The translations under genes were made by a program, and so were the position numbers. A stretch of DNA of 64,000 bases from Clostridia bacterium. Lineage in GTDB: Bacteria; Bacillota; Clostridia; Oscillospirales; CAG-272. Shown here in pieces: positions 1-9,527 of the stretch (positions are counted from its first letter, which is position 1; the number at the start of each line of letters is the position of its first letter). The DNA lies in NCBI GenBank assembly GCA_017621085.1, contig JAGATW010000074.1, positions 4,224 to 68,223 on the forward strand. The letters run 5' to 3'. The notes beneath the pieces were generated by a model. That model was given only the letters and a program-made list of their open reading frames with translations. It ran no database searches and was not told the DNA's origin.

Positions 1-336
1 AAATGGCTTCATAATGCACATAGACGCACCTGCATTTGTTGCATCAACAAAAACATTCTGGCTTGACACCATAGATGCCATAATAAATGATGGTGGCATA
101 TCAGGGGAAAAGTTAATGCCCTTACAGTTTCTTATAAGACCAATTCCGTCAAGCTTGGAAAGCCAAATATCAGCTATAACAATATCAGGGTGATTTCTGC
201 TGATTTTAATTAGTGCCTCCTCTCCATTTAATGCCTCGTCAATGTAACGATAGCCCTTTCTTGCAAGAGCTTCCTTTGTGGAATGACGAGTTTGCGAGTT
301 TTCGTCTGCAATTAAAATCTTTGCATTAATTTCCAT
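1..336 (-). CDS. response regulator receiver (REC) domain protein; only the N-terminal 112 aa lie in the window (possibly Spo0A-like)
   Basis: Absent from the ORF track because it leaves the window. My reverse-strand translation from the ATG at 336 is MEINAKILIADENSQTRHSTKEALARKGYRYIDEALNGEEALIKISRNHPDIVIADIWLSKLDGIGLIRN...GASMCIMKPF. This is a CheY-type pattern (acidic N-terminus, DIVIADIWL aspartate, KPF). AAAGGAGAT RBS at 341-350. Confidence 0.6.
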   Translation of the reverse strand, partial: MEINAKILIADENSQTRHSTKEALARKGYRYIDEALNGEEALIKISRNHPDIVIADIWLSKLDGIGLIRNCKGINFSPDMPPSFIMASMVSSQNVFVDATNAGASMCIMKPF

Positions 337-571
337 TTTTATCTCCTTTTATACTAATTATTTGGTATATCTGTAAAATTTTACCAAATACATTTTACCA
401 TATTATTCCATTTAATTCAACAATTACTTGTCTGTCATTTTTTACAAAATTTTCCATTTATAATTGTTAAATTTATACAAATATGTAAAATAATGGAAAA
501 ACAAAAAGCAAAAAATCTAAAAAAGGGGAGAAAAATTCAGCAAAAAATAATTTTAAGCAACATATTATTGG

Positions 572-600
572 AAAAATAAAAAAGTGGGAATAATCCCACT
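572..600 (-). terminator. rho-independent terminator downstream of the 648-1205 gene
   Basis: Stem AGTGGGA/TCCCACT (583-589/594-600), followed on the minus strand by a T-run (complement of 572-582). Confidence 0.55.
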
Positions 601-647
601 TTCGTAATATATTAAATTTCATAGATTCATTATTAGATTAATTTTTG

Positions 648-1205
648 TCAATTTCTTGTTAATGATGAGTGCCATTTTTTATATATTTTTCGTCTATACA
701 GGGCGAGAAATAGGTAATATACAAACAAAGTAATTATAGACGATAAAATATGAGCTATTATGTTATTGCCAATAACTGTTTTAAAGAAAAACATAGGTGA
801 CCAAAGCATAAGAATGTCAGCTTTATTAAAAATAATTGCTAATGCATTTATCAGTAATACTAAAACAGAGGTTACATAATCGCCATTGACAAAGCTGATT
901 TTTATATCGTTCCATAGTCCCTTGTAGCTTTCCCCTTTGTAATCCTCTGATACTTCATTTTCGCATGTTCTTTTTGATTTCTTTTTAAAGAAAAGCATAA
1001 CAAAGGAGAAAATGATGGTTAATAAAACAGAAATGGCAATTAAATATAGCTTTTCATAAGCAGTTCCTTCAAGCTTTAATATAACGCCCCTTAAGGGCAG
1101 TGTAACTAATCCATATATAATTAAGGAAATAAAACAGGATATAGTTATAAAAAGTAGCTCTAACAGAAGTGCTTTGACAATTTTTATAATGTTATCGCGT
1201 TTCAT
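648..1205 (-). CDS. hypothetical multi-pass membrane protein
   Basis: 185 aa ORF with several long hydrophobic segments. I recognise no family motif. Confidence 0.55.
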   Translation of the reverse strand: MKRDNIIKIVKALLLELLFITISCFISLIIYGLVTLPLRGVILKLEGTAYEKLYLIAISVLLTIIFSFVMLFFKKKSKRTCENEVSEDYKGESYKGLWNDIKISFVNGDYVTSVLVLLINALAIIFNKADILMLWSPMFFFKTVIGNNIIAHILSSIITLFVYYLFLALYRRKIYKKWHSSLTRN

Positions 1206-1227
1206 AAAAACTCCAAATTAAAATTTA

Positions 1228-1617
1228 TTATAGGCTAAGTCCCTCAATAGCTTCAGCAGCTGTTCCGTAAATAACAACATTTTCTTTTATTCTTGCATTT
1301 CCCCAGTTGATTGCGTACTGCTCTTTAAAGGTGATAGCATCCTCTTCATTTTCAAACTCATAAACATAAACCCAAGTGTTTTTTGGGTAGCTTGCCTTTA
1401 CATAGTGGGCAATGCCCTTTACTTCCCCTGTTAGCTCAATTCCTGCTTGACCTATGCTTTCTTCAACTTGGCTGATTTCAGCCTTAGTATAAAGCATAGA
1501 GCTGTACCAGCTTAATTCATCGAGCTGTGAAACAATATCATCAAAAGCATCTGACCCACAAGAAATAAGACAGAGCATAAGAGCAGTGGCTAATAAAATT
1601 GCAAATAATTTTTTCAT
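1228..1617 (-). CDS. small lipoprotein (hypothetical)
   Basis: 129 aa. The N-terminus MKKLFAILLATALMLCLISCGS is a signal peptide plus lipobox Cys. GGAGAG RBS lies just upstream. Confidence 0.6.
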   Translation of the reverse strand: MKKLFAILLATALMLCLISCGSDAFDDIVSQLDELSWYSSMLYTKAEISQVEESIGQAGIELTGEVKGIAHYVKASYPKNTWVYVYEFENEEDAITFKEQYAINWGNARIKENVVIYGTAAEAIEGLSL

Positions 1618-1729
1618 TTTAATCTCTCCTTTCTGATTTAATTATACAATGCCAAAGCTTCAAAAGCCATATATTAACAGTTGATGCTTGCAACTATTAG
1701 TTGCTAATGACATTAATTTTGAAAGAGAA

Positions 1730-1772
1730 TAAAATTAAAACAAGTGCCACAGGCTTTCCTGTGGCACTTTTA
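1730..1772 (-). terminator. rho-independent terminator after pnp
   Basis: 11 bp stem AGTGCCACAGG/CCTGTGGCACT (1743-1753/1758-1768), followed on the minus strand by TGTTTTAATTTTATT. Confidence 0.65.
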
Positions 1773-1781
1773 TGTTAGTTA

Positions 1782-3893
1782 TTAAAGAGCGTCTTTTCTT
1801 GAAAGATTTGCACGGCCCTTTTCGTCAATTCCTAAGAACTTAACTAAGAACTCGTCGCCTTCCTTGCAAACGTCCTCAACCTTTTCGGTTCTTTCCTTTG
1901 CAAGCTTGGAGATGTGAACAAGACCCTCTCTGCCCGGAGCATATTCAACAAATGCACCGATAGGAATAATTCTTGTTACCTTAGCATTGTAAACTGCACC
2001 AACCTCCGGCTCAAATACAATACCTGCGATAATTTCACGTGCAGCCTCAATAGCCTTCTTGTCAACAGCAGAGATAAATACGCTTCCGTCGTCATCAATG
2101 TCAACCTTAGCACCTGTGTCAGCAACAATCTTTTGAATTACCTTACCACCTGTACCAATAACCTCACGAATCTTGTCAGGCTTAATCTTCATTGAAATCA
2201 TCTTAGGAGCATATTCGGAAACCTCAGCTCTTGGAGCTTCAATAGTCTTCAAAATAACCTCATCAATGATTTGGTCACGACCTGCGTGTGTCTGCTCAAA
2301 GGCTCTCTTAATGATTTCAGGTGTAAGACCGTCAATCTTTAAGTCCATCTGAATAGATGTAATACCCTTATGTGTACCTGCAACCTTAAAGTCCATATCG
2401 CCGTAGAAGTCCTCAAGACCCTGAATATCAATCATAGTATCCCAAGAGCCGTCCTCAGCTGTGATAAGACCGCAGGAGATACCTGCAACAGGAGCCTTAA
2501 TTGGAACACCTGCGTCCATAAGAGCAAGAGTAGAGCCACAAACGGAAGCCTGTGATGTAGAGCCGTTAGAGGAAATAACCTCAGATACAAGACGAATAGC
2601 ATATGGGAATTCCTCAACTGAAGGAAGAACAGGAACAAGTGATCTTTCAGCTAAAGCACCGTGACCGATTTCACGTCTGCCCGGAGTACGAGATGCCTTT
2701 GCTTCACCTGTGGAGTAGCCGGGCATATTGTAGTGGTGCATATATCTCTTTTCTGTTTCCTCGTCAAGACCATCAAGCATTTGGCTCTCGGAAATAGGGC
2801 CAAGTGTTGCAAGAGTCATAACCTGAGTTTGTCCACGTGTGAACATACCGCTACCGTGAACTCTCTTGAACATACCAACCTCAGCAGTCAAAGGACGAAT
2901 CTCGTTCATACCACGTCCGTCAACACGCTTTTTGTCGTTGAGCAACCATCTTCTGACAATCTTCTTTTGAATTTTGTAGATAAGCTCACCGATAATAGTT
3001 TTAATGTCCTCATACTTTTCTTCAAATGTAGCTACGATATTTTCAATAATTGGTTGCATCTTAGCATCACGAACATTCTTGTCGTCGGTGTCAAGAGCTT
3101 CCATAACGTCCTTTTCGCAGAAAGCGAAGATTTCGTCAAACATATCGTGGTCAAGCTCACAGGAAGGATAGTCAAACTTTGGCTTACCAACCTCAGCTAC
3201 AATTTGATTAATAAACTTAATAAGCTTCTTGATTTCCTCGTGAGCAAGCATAATAGCATTGAACATATCGTCATCGCTAACCTCTTTAGCGCCTGCCTCA
3301 ATCATTACAACCTTCTTTTCAGATGCTGCAACTGTAAGCTCAAGAATAGAGTTCTTTCTTTCCTCAAGTGTTGGGTTAAGAACAATCTTACCGTCAACCA
3401 TACCAACGAAAAGACCACCAATTGGGCCATTCCAAGGAATGTCAGAGATAGAAAGAGCAATAGATGCACCAATCATAGCAGTAATTTCAGGTGAACAGTC
3501 CGGGTCAACTGAAAGAACGGTTAATGAAAGGTTAACGTCATTTCTTAGGTCCTTAGGGAATAAAGGACGGATAGGACGGTCGATAACACGACCTGTAAGA
3601 ACAGCCTTTTCGCTTGGCTTACCCTCTCTCTTAAGGTAACCACCCGGGATTCTGCCAACTGCATACATTCTTTCCTCATAGTCAACGGAAAGTGGTAAGA
3701 AGTCAATACCCTCACGAGGAGCAGCTGAAGCTGTAGCACAGCAGAGAATAACTGTTTCACCATAACGAACTAAAACGCTACCGTTAGCAAGGCCAGCCAT
3801 TTTGCCGTTTTCAACTACAAGCTTACGACCACAAAGGTCATACTCATAAACCTTGTAATTGTCAAAAACTTTTTCTGTAAACATTTTTGCCAT
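1782..3893 (-). CDS. pnp: polyribonucleotide nucleotidyltransferase (PNPase)
   Basis: 703 aa with two RNase PH-like halves. The C-terminus has KH (IREVIGTGGKVIQKI) and S1 (GAVYNAKVTRIIPIGAFVEY) patterns. It sits downstream of rpsO, as is typical. Confidence 0.95.
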   Translation of the reverse strand: MAKMFTEKVFDNYKVYEYDLCGRKLVVENGKMAGLANGSVLVRYGETVILCCATASAAPREGIDFLPLSVDYEERMYAVGRIPGGYLKREGKPSEKAVLTGRVIDRPIRPLFPKDLRNDVNLSLTVLSVDPDCSPEITAMIGASIALSISDIPWNGPIGGLFVGMVDGKIVLNPTLEERKNSILELTVAASEKKVVMIEAGAKEVSDDDMFNAIMLAHEEIKKLIKFINQIVAEVGKPKFDYPSCELDHDMFDEIFAFCEKDVMEALDTDDKNVRDAKMQPIIENIVATFEEKYEDIKTIIGELIYKIQKKIVRRWLLNDKKRVDGRGMNEIRPLTAEVGMFKRVHGSGMFTRGQTQVMTLATLGPISESQMLDGLDEETEKRYMHHYNMPGYSTGEAKASRTPGRREIGHGALAERSLVPVLPSVEEFPYAIRLVSEVISSNGSTSQASVCGSTLALMDAGVPIKAPVAGISCGLITAEDGSWDTMIDIQGLEDFYGDMDFKVAGTHKGITSIQMDLKIDGLTPEIIKRAFEQTHAGRDQIIDEVILKTIEAPRAEVSEYAPKMISMKIKPDKIREVIGTGGKVIQKIVADTGAKVDIDDDGSVFISAVDKKAIEAAREIIAGIVFEPEVGAVYNAKVTRIIPIGAFVEYAPGREGLVHISKLAKERTEKVEDVCKEGDEFLVKFLGIDEKGRANLSRKDAL

Positions 3894-4263
3894 TTTAAAA
3901 TTCCTCCATTTTTTAACGGCTGTTTTCCATAACGAGATTGATTTTTGATGGAAACCTGCTTTGAAAATCCTCGCAAAGCACTCAGTTACAGACGCTAAAG
4001 AGTATGCGCCCTCGTGCTTTACTTAATTTTCCTTGCATCTTTCTCATCAAAAAACAGCTCTTATATGTGAAATAGCCTCAAGTAAAATATTTTCAGCGTG
4101 AGAGGACATAGCATTTAACGAAAAGCCGAAGATATTCGGCTCTTTGTTAACTGCTATCTCGTCACGCAATTGAACTAACTACTAAAGAAATAGTGGCTGT
4201 GCAAGGTTTTTGCACAGCCGGAGTTTACCCTGCGGGTTTATTTCTTTGTTTAAAAAGCCTATC
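3894..4263 (-). promoter_or_regulatory. structured rpsO-pnp intergenic leader (370 nt) with attenuator-like hairpins
   Basis: Hairpin GGCTGTGCAAGG..TGCACAGCC at 4195-4219, then a T-rich tract on the minus strand. A long interrupted stem spans 4096-4167 (GCGTGAGAGGACATAGCATTTAAC ... GTTAACTGCTATCTCGTCACGC) and encloses the GAGCCGAATATCTTCGGCTC hairpin. Confidence 0.4.
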
Positions 4264-4518
4264 TTACTTTCTAAGACCGAGCTTTTCAATGATTGCACGA
4301 TATCTTTCGATATCAACCTTTGCAAGATAGCCAAGAAGGTTACGTCTGTGACCAACCATCTTTAAAAGACCTCTTCTGCTGTGGTGGTCGTTTGCGTTCT
4401 TCTTAAGATGCTCGTTAAGATTGTTGATACGGTCTGTAAGAAGAGCGATTTGTACCTCAGGAGAACCTGTGTCACCCTCATGTGTTGCGTACTGTGCAAT
4501 AATTTCCTGCTTGTTCAT
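4264..4518 (-). CDS. rpsO: 30S ribosomal protein S15
   Basis: Contains [52 protein letters not shown] prefer the ATG at 4518 (GAGGTG RBS 6 nt upstream) over the GTG at 4527 used by the ORF track. Confidence 0.9.
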   Translation of the reverse strand: MNKQEIIAQYATHEGDTGSPEVQIALLTDRINNLNEHLKKNANDHHSRRGLLKMVGHRRNLLGYLAKVDIERYRAIIEKLGLRK

Positions 4519-4639
4519 TTTTTTCACCTCTAAATTTTATTTAGCCCAAATACTGAGCAAACGGCTGGTGAATGTCCTATTGGACGGTATCCGCAAGCTC
4601 GGTATTGGTACTACGTGGGCTATTATAACATAAACATTT

Positions 4640-5026
4640 CTATTTGTAAAGAGTTTTTTTGAATTTTTTTACCAATTCTCTTATTAAATTATTATATAAG
4701 GTAATAAGTCCACTGATTATAAGCAGCGCACCTAAAGAATATCTTGCATATTTTGGGTCAAGGCTATTAACTAAGGAAGAAGAAAGAATAGCACCTAAGC
4801 AACCAAGAGTTATCATTATTAAAACTTGCTTTAGCTTGATTTTTCTCCTTTTAATGTGAATAAAGAGAGAAAACGCTCCCGCAATTATAAAAAGGAAAAG
4901 ATTAGTTCCTTGGGAAATAAGCTGAGGGAAATTTAAACACAGGGTCAAGTAAATTACAAAAAGTCCCCCACCGCCAACGCCCATTCCCATAAGAGTTGAT
5001 ATTAAAAACACAATTAAAAAGCTCAT
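4640..5026 (-). CDS. half-size TSUP (TauE/SafE, DUF81) family membrane protein
   Basis: 128 aa with about 4 TM segments and a Gly-rich first helix (GMGVGGGGLFVIYL) typical of TauE/SafE. GAGGT RBS lies inside the end of the upstream gene. Confidence 0.6.
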   Translation of the reverse strand: MSFLIVFLISTLMGMGVGGGGLFVIYLTLCLNFPQLISQGTNLFLFIIAGAFSLFIHIKRRKIKLKQVLIMITLGCLGAILSSSLVNSLDPKYARYSLGALLIISGLITLYNNLIRELVKKFKKTLYK

Positions 5027-5029
5027 ATT

Positions 5030-5413
5030 TTACCTCAAAATCATACACGTCCCCGAGTAAATTACAAGAAGGGCGAAAATTGTATTAAGCCACTTGACCT
5101 TTAGCTTATCTACTAAAATAGCACCTAATAAGCCACCTAATGCGCAAGGGACAATAAGTCCTTTGGAAAAATCAAAATCAACATTTCCGTTTCTTGCATA
5201 GCTGATAAGCGCAATTAAGGAAATGGGAATTGTTGCACAAAGAGTTGTGGGAAAATTGTCCTTTTGTTCGTTTTTAGTAAGGTTAGATAGGGTATAGATA
5301 AATATAATTCCCCCACCTGTACCAAGAAAGCCGTTTATTCCCCCTGCAAGAAAGGAAAGTGTGCAAAACAGCACTAAATTGAAGGTTTTGTTAGATAGTA
5401 GTTTTTTAACCAT
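5030..5413 (-). CDS. half-size TSUP (TauE/SafE, DUF81) family membrane protein
   Basis: 127 aa with about 4 TM segments and the GINGFLGTGGGIIFIY motif. A 3 nt gap separates it from the next half-gene. Confidence 0.6.
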   Translation of the reverse strand: MVKKLLSNKTFNLVLFCTLSFLAGGINGFLGTGGGIIFIYTLSNLTKNEQKDNFPTTLCATIPISLIALISYARNGNVDFDFSKGLIVPCALGGLLGAILVDKLKVKWLNTIFALLVIYSGTCMILR

Positions 5414-5569
5414 TTTTTAGCTCCAAAAAATTTTTTACTTTTGCCAAAAATCTATTGTTTTTTTAAAATATTTCTGTTATGATATAATTATACATACTAA
5501 TAGTATTATTAAGTAGGTTATGATTTAACGATGAAATCATTGGAATTTAAAATGTAGAAAGGACACATA

Positions 5570-8281
5570 ATGAGAGAGAATAAAAACAAAAATGACGCTT
5601 TAGTAAACAAATCAGATTCTAAAAATATAAACAAAAAGCCTCCCGAAAAGAAGCTTTTAAATATATTAATGCCATACATTTTAGCTGTGCTTGGCGCAGT
5701 AGCTTTGTTTTCAATACTTGGCTTAGCGGGGGATTTTGATAACCCCTTACGCAAGATATTGTTTGGCGTGTTTGCAAATTTTGCCACATATTTTATACCA
5801 ATTCTTTTGGTTTACCACGCAATTATGTGGAATTACGACATTAAAAGAGGTATTTGCATAAGACGTGTCGTTTGCTCTGTAATTACCCTTATGTGCTTTT
5901 CCACAATGCAATATTTAATTCAAGTAGGTGATTTTGAGGAGCTTAATTCTTATAGCATATCTGCCTTTTATATTCATGGTATGCAGTCACAGGGTGGTGG
6001 CGTTGTCGGTGGTATGATTGGTAAGCTTTTGTTAGGGCTTGGCAGTATTATCGGTGCTATTATAATTACCATAGTCTTGATATTTATGATTTTGCAAATG
6101 GTAAATATAACTCCTGCATATATGATACGCTCTATGCTTAAAAACAGAAAATCAAAGAGCAAAAAGGAGCAAAAGCCACAAGCAGTTAAGCAACCAAAGC
6201 CAATTAAACCAAGAAAAATTAAGGTTTATGAGGAGGATGACAGCTTAGATGCAGATGAGGACGAGGAAATTCCCGCTTACCTTGACACAACTAAAAAGCT
6301 TTTAGTTGACGATGAGGATGATGAGATTGACACAAGCGAGTACGACGACCTTGACATAAATAAAATTCAGTCCGAGAATGAGCATATTCCCGGTCAGCTC
6401 CAGCCATATGATGAGGATGATGAGGGTGACGAGGGTGATGATGTGCCCGAGTTTGAAATTTCTACATCCAAATATGGTGATGTTCCGTTTGAGCCAAATG
6501 ATGAGCCGATATTTGAGCCAAGTGATGAAGAAATACCGTTTGAGCCGACGGATGAAGAAGAGCCATTTGAGCCAACCGAGGAAATTGAGCCTATAAGTGA
6601 CGAATATGAAATTACAGAGGAAAACGATACCATCACCGATGAAAACGAGGAAACAGAAGAGGACAAGAGCTATATTTCCGATGATATATTAGACAAGGCA
6701 TCTAAAAAGCAAGAGGACAAGCCTCAAAGTAAAGAGCCTATTTCATATGAGCCCGAGATAAAGCCTGTGCCAAAGCCCGAGCCTAAAAAGACTCCTAAGA
6801 TTAGCTACAATCTACCACCTCTTTATTTCTTAAAAACACAACCGGATAATTCTAACTCCGATGAGGTAAGACAGGAGCTACAGGAAAACGCAAAAATAAT
6901 TGTAGATACTCTGAATGACTTTAAAGCGCCTACAAGAATTATTGACGTTACAAGAGGACCTACAATTACAAGATACGAGCTTCAGCCTGAAAAGGGCGTA
7001 CGTGTTCGTACAATTGAGGGCTTAGTTGACGATATTGCACTTAACTTAGCCGCAAAGGGAATAAGAATTGAAAGCCCAATCCCGGGCAAAAACGCAATCG
7101 GTATAGAGGTTCCTAACAGAAAGGTAAGCTTTGTTTACTTACGTGACCTGCTTGACGACCCAAGATTTATTCGCGCACAAAGTAAGCTAACCTGTGGTCT
7201 TGGCAAGAGCATTGCAGGAGAAAATATTTATGTAGATATTGAAAGCACACCACACCTTTTAGTAGCAGGTGCTACGGGTATGGGTAAGTCTGTTTGTATT
7301 AACTCTCTGCTTATAAGCCTTCTTTACAAGGCAAAGCCTGACGAGGTAAGATTAATACTTATTGACCCTAAGCGTGTTGAGCTTTCCAACTATAACGGTA
7401 TTCCACACCTTTTAGTCCCTGTTGTTTGCGAGCCTAAAAAATCCTTAGGCGCTTTACAGTGGGCTGTTACCGAAATGGAAAATCGCTTTATGACAATTGA
7501 GGAGGCAGGAGTTCGTAACATTACAGAATTTAACCAAAGAGTGGATAATGGCTATAATGCTGAAAAGATGTCACGCATTGTTATTGTAATTGACGAGCTT
7601 GCCGACTTGAAAATGGCTGTTCCCGACATTGAGGGACACATAACAAGACTTACACAAAAGGCACGTGCCGCAGGTATTCATATTATTATCGGTACTCAGC
7701 GTCCGTCTGTTGATGTGTTAACAGGTCTTATTAAAAACAACATACCATCACGTATTGCCTTTAGAGTTCCCTCACAGGTTGACTCAAGAACAATACTTGA
7801 CGAGGTAGGCGCTGAAAAGCTTGTTTCCAAGGGAGATATGCTTGTTAAGCTTGTTGGCGCCCTTGCCCCTGTGCGTGTACAGGGCGCTTATGTAAGCGTT
7901 GACGAAATACAGGACGTAATTGATTATTGGAAGGAATGTGGTCCTGCCAATTATGATGAAAGCGTAATGCAACAAATTGAAAACAACGCTGCAAAGCTTG
8001 CTAAGAATGAAAAAGATGTAGGAGAGGGCGACGAGGACTCAGAGGACTCTGAATTTGACCCTGAATTTTACAATGCTCTTGGCTTGGCAGTTGAGCTTGG
8101 CAAGATTTCCTCATCCTTATTAATGAGAAAGCTTAGCTTAGGCTTCCAGCGTGCTTCAAGAGTAATTGACCAAATGGAGGAATGTGGCTATATCGGTGAG
8201 GCAAACGGACCTAAGCCACGTGACGTTTTGATAACCAAAGAGGATTATCAAGAGCTTATGATGAGAAGGAATGACGAATAA
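5570..8281 (+). CDS. ftsK: DNA translocase FtsK/SpoIIIE
   Basis: 903 aa. N-terminal TM helices, a long acidic linker, a motor domain with Walker A (VAGATGMGKSV) and Walker B (VIVIDELADL), and a C-terminal gamma winged helix (LMRKLSLGFQRASRVIDQME). Confidence 0.9.
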   Translation: MRENKNKNDALVNKSDSKNINKKPPEKKLLNILMPYILAVLGAVALFSILGLAGDFDNPLRKILFGVFANFATYFIPILLVYHAIMWNYDIKRGICIRRVVCSVITLMCFSTMQYLIQVGDFEELNSYSISAFYIHGMQSQGGGVVGGMIGKLLLGLGSIIGAIIITIVLIFMILQMVNITPAYMIRSMLKNRKSKSKKEQKPQAVKQPKPIKPRKIKVYEEDDSLDADEDEEIPAYLDTTKKLLVDDEDDEIDTSEYDDLDINKIQSENEHIPGQLQPYDEDDEGDEGDDVPEFEISTSKYGDVPFEPNDEPIFEPSDEEIPFEPTDEEEPFEPTEEIEPISDEYEITEENDTITDENEETEEDKSYISDDILDKASKKQEDKPQSKEPISYEPEIKPVPKPEPKKTPKISYNLPPLYFLKTQPDNSNSDEVRQELQENAKIIVDTLNDFKAPTRIIDVTRGPTITRYELQPEKGVRVRTIEGLVDDIALNLAAKGIRIESPIPGKNAIGIEVPNRKVSFVYLRDLLDDPRFIRAQSKLTCGLGKSIAGENIYVDIESTPHLLVAGATGMGKSVCINSLLISLLYKAKPDEVRLILIDPKRVELSNYNGIPHLLVPVVCEPKKSLGALQWAVTEMENRFMTIEEAGVRNITEFNQRVDNGYNAEKMSRIVIVIDELADLKMAVPDIEGHITRLTQKARAAGIHIIIGTQRPSVDVLTGLIKNNIPSRIAFRVPSQVDSRTILDEVGAEKLVSKGDMLVKLVGALAPVRVQGAYVSVDEIQDVIDYWKECGPANYDESVMQQIENNAAKLAKNEKDVGEGDEDSEDSEFDPEFYNALGLAVELGKISSSLLMRKLSLGFQRASRVIDQMEECGYIGEANGPKPRDVLITKEDYQELMMRRNDE

Positions 8282-8943
8282 TGGGAAAATTTATAGCAAT
8301 TGACGGACTTGACGGAAGCGGAAAGGGCACTCAAAGTGAAAAGCTTGTAGAAAAGCTAAGAAGTGAAGGCAAAAGGGTGCGTGTGCTTTCCTTTCCAATG
8401 TATGAAAGCGATAGCTCTATTTTTGTAAGAATGTATCTTGAGGGTAAGCTTGGAGACAAGCCCTCAGATACAAACGCATATGCTGCGTCTATGTTTTTTG
8501 CAACAGACAGATATATAAGCTACGCAACCGACTGGAAAAAGGATATTGAGGATGGGGACACTTATGTAGTAGCAAACAGATACACAACTGCCAATGCTGT
8601 GCATCAGCTATCTAAGCTACCTGAAAATGAGTGGGAGGACTTTTTAAAGTGGCTATGGGATTTTGAGTTTACAAAGCTTGGCTTACCAAAGCCTGACCTT
8701 GTTTTGTATCTTGAATTGCCACCACGTCTTTCACTTTCCTTAGTTAAGAGCAGAAGCGATACAACAGGACAAAAAATGGACATACACGAAAAGGATACAG
8801 CCTATATGGACAAGTGCTACGAGGCAGCACTTTACTCCTGTAAAAGACTTGGCTGGAAACAGATAAAATGCTACGAAAACGACCAAATTCGTACACGTGA
8901 GGACATTTTTGAGGAAATTTATAAGGAAGTGGGTAAGCTATAA
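8281..8943 (+). CDS. tmk: thymidylate kinase family protein
   Basis: 220 aa with the P-loop FIAIDGLDGSGKGTQ and an ATDRY-type motif. Its start overlaps the ftsK stop (TAATG). Confidence 0.7.
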   Translation: MGKFIAIDGLDGSGKGTQSEKLVEKLRSEGKRVRVLSFPMYESDSSIFVRMYLEGKLGDKPSDTNAYAASMFFATDRYISYATDWKKDIEDGDTYVVANRYTTANAVHQLSKLPENEWEDFLKWLWDFEFTKLGLPKPDLVLYLELPPRLSLSLVKSRSDTTGQKMDIHEKDTAYMDKCYEAALYSCKRLGWKQIKCYENDQIRTREDIFEEIYKEVGKL

Positions 8944-9488
8944 TGGTATATTTGTTTTTAGCTAACGGCTTTGAGGAAATAGAGGCACTTTGTACTCTTG
9001 ACTTTTTAAGACGTGCAGGTGTTGATGTAAAAACAGTAGGCGTTAGTGGCAAAATTGCAAATGGCTCACACGGTATTCCTGTGGTATGTGATATTACAGA
9101 AGACGAGCTTGATAAGGACGCATGCTTTGATATGATAATTTTACCGGGAGGTATGCCCGGGTCAACTAATCTTGACAACAGTGGGGTAGTTGACTATATG
9201 GTTAAAAGAGCTGTGTTAGAGGATAAGTATATTTGCGCAATTTGTGCAGCTCCCTTTATTCTTGGTAAAAGAGGAATACTAAAGGGCAAGAGGGCTACCT
9301 GCTATCCGGGCTTTGAAAATCAATTAGAGGGTGCTAAGCTTGTAAATGAGGGCTGCGTGCGTGACGGAAAAATTATTACAGGACGTGCAATGGGCTCATC
9401 TCACGATTTTGCTCTTGAAATTATTGAGGTATTAAGGGGCAAGGACGAGCGCAAAAGATTATCGGACGCTGTGCTTTATTTTAAATAA
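8943..9488 (+). CDS. DJ-1/PfpI (ThiJ) family protein
   Basis: 181 aa with the nucleophile-elbow motif ICAICAAP and the overall DJ-1 pattern (ILPGG...). TAATG overlap with tmk. Confidence 0.8.
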   Translation: MVYLFLANGFEEIEALCTLDFLRRAGVDVKTVGVSGKIANGSHGIPVVCDITEDELDKDACFDMIILPGGMPGSTNLDNSGVVDYMVKRAVLEDKYICAICAAPFILGKRGILKGKRATCYPGFENQLEGAKLVNEGCVRDGKIITGRAMGSSHDFALEIIEVLRGKDERKRLSDAVLYFK

Positions 9489-9527
9489 ACTACAATATAC
9501 AAGGGTATATTGAGAAAAGGGGTATTT

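Noticed and set aside
493-579. A 28 aa Lys-rich mini-ORF (MEKQKAKNLKKGRKIQQKIILSNILLEK) in the 336-647 spacer.
   Set aside because: It has no Shine-Dalgarno sequence. It lies in an A-rich promoter and terminator region, so the coding appearance is explained by base composition.
1914-3639. Several plus-strand ORFs (1914-2195, 2370-2797, 2661-3494 at 277 aa, 3259-3639) and short same-strand alternative-frame ORFs inside pnp.
   Set aside because: They lie entirely within the well-supported pnp reading frame. Their translations are low-complexity (S/N/L/C-rich) with no RBS or family motif, which is typical shadow-ORF behaviour.
5518-5787. An 89 aa minus-strand ORF overlapping the ftsK start.
   Set aside because: It overlaps the ftsK 5' end in antisense and shows no RBS or family features.
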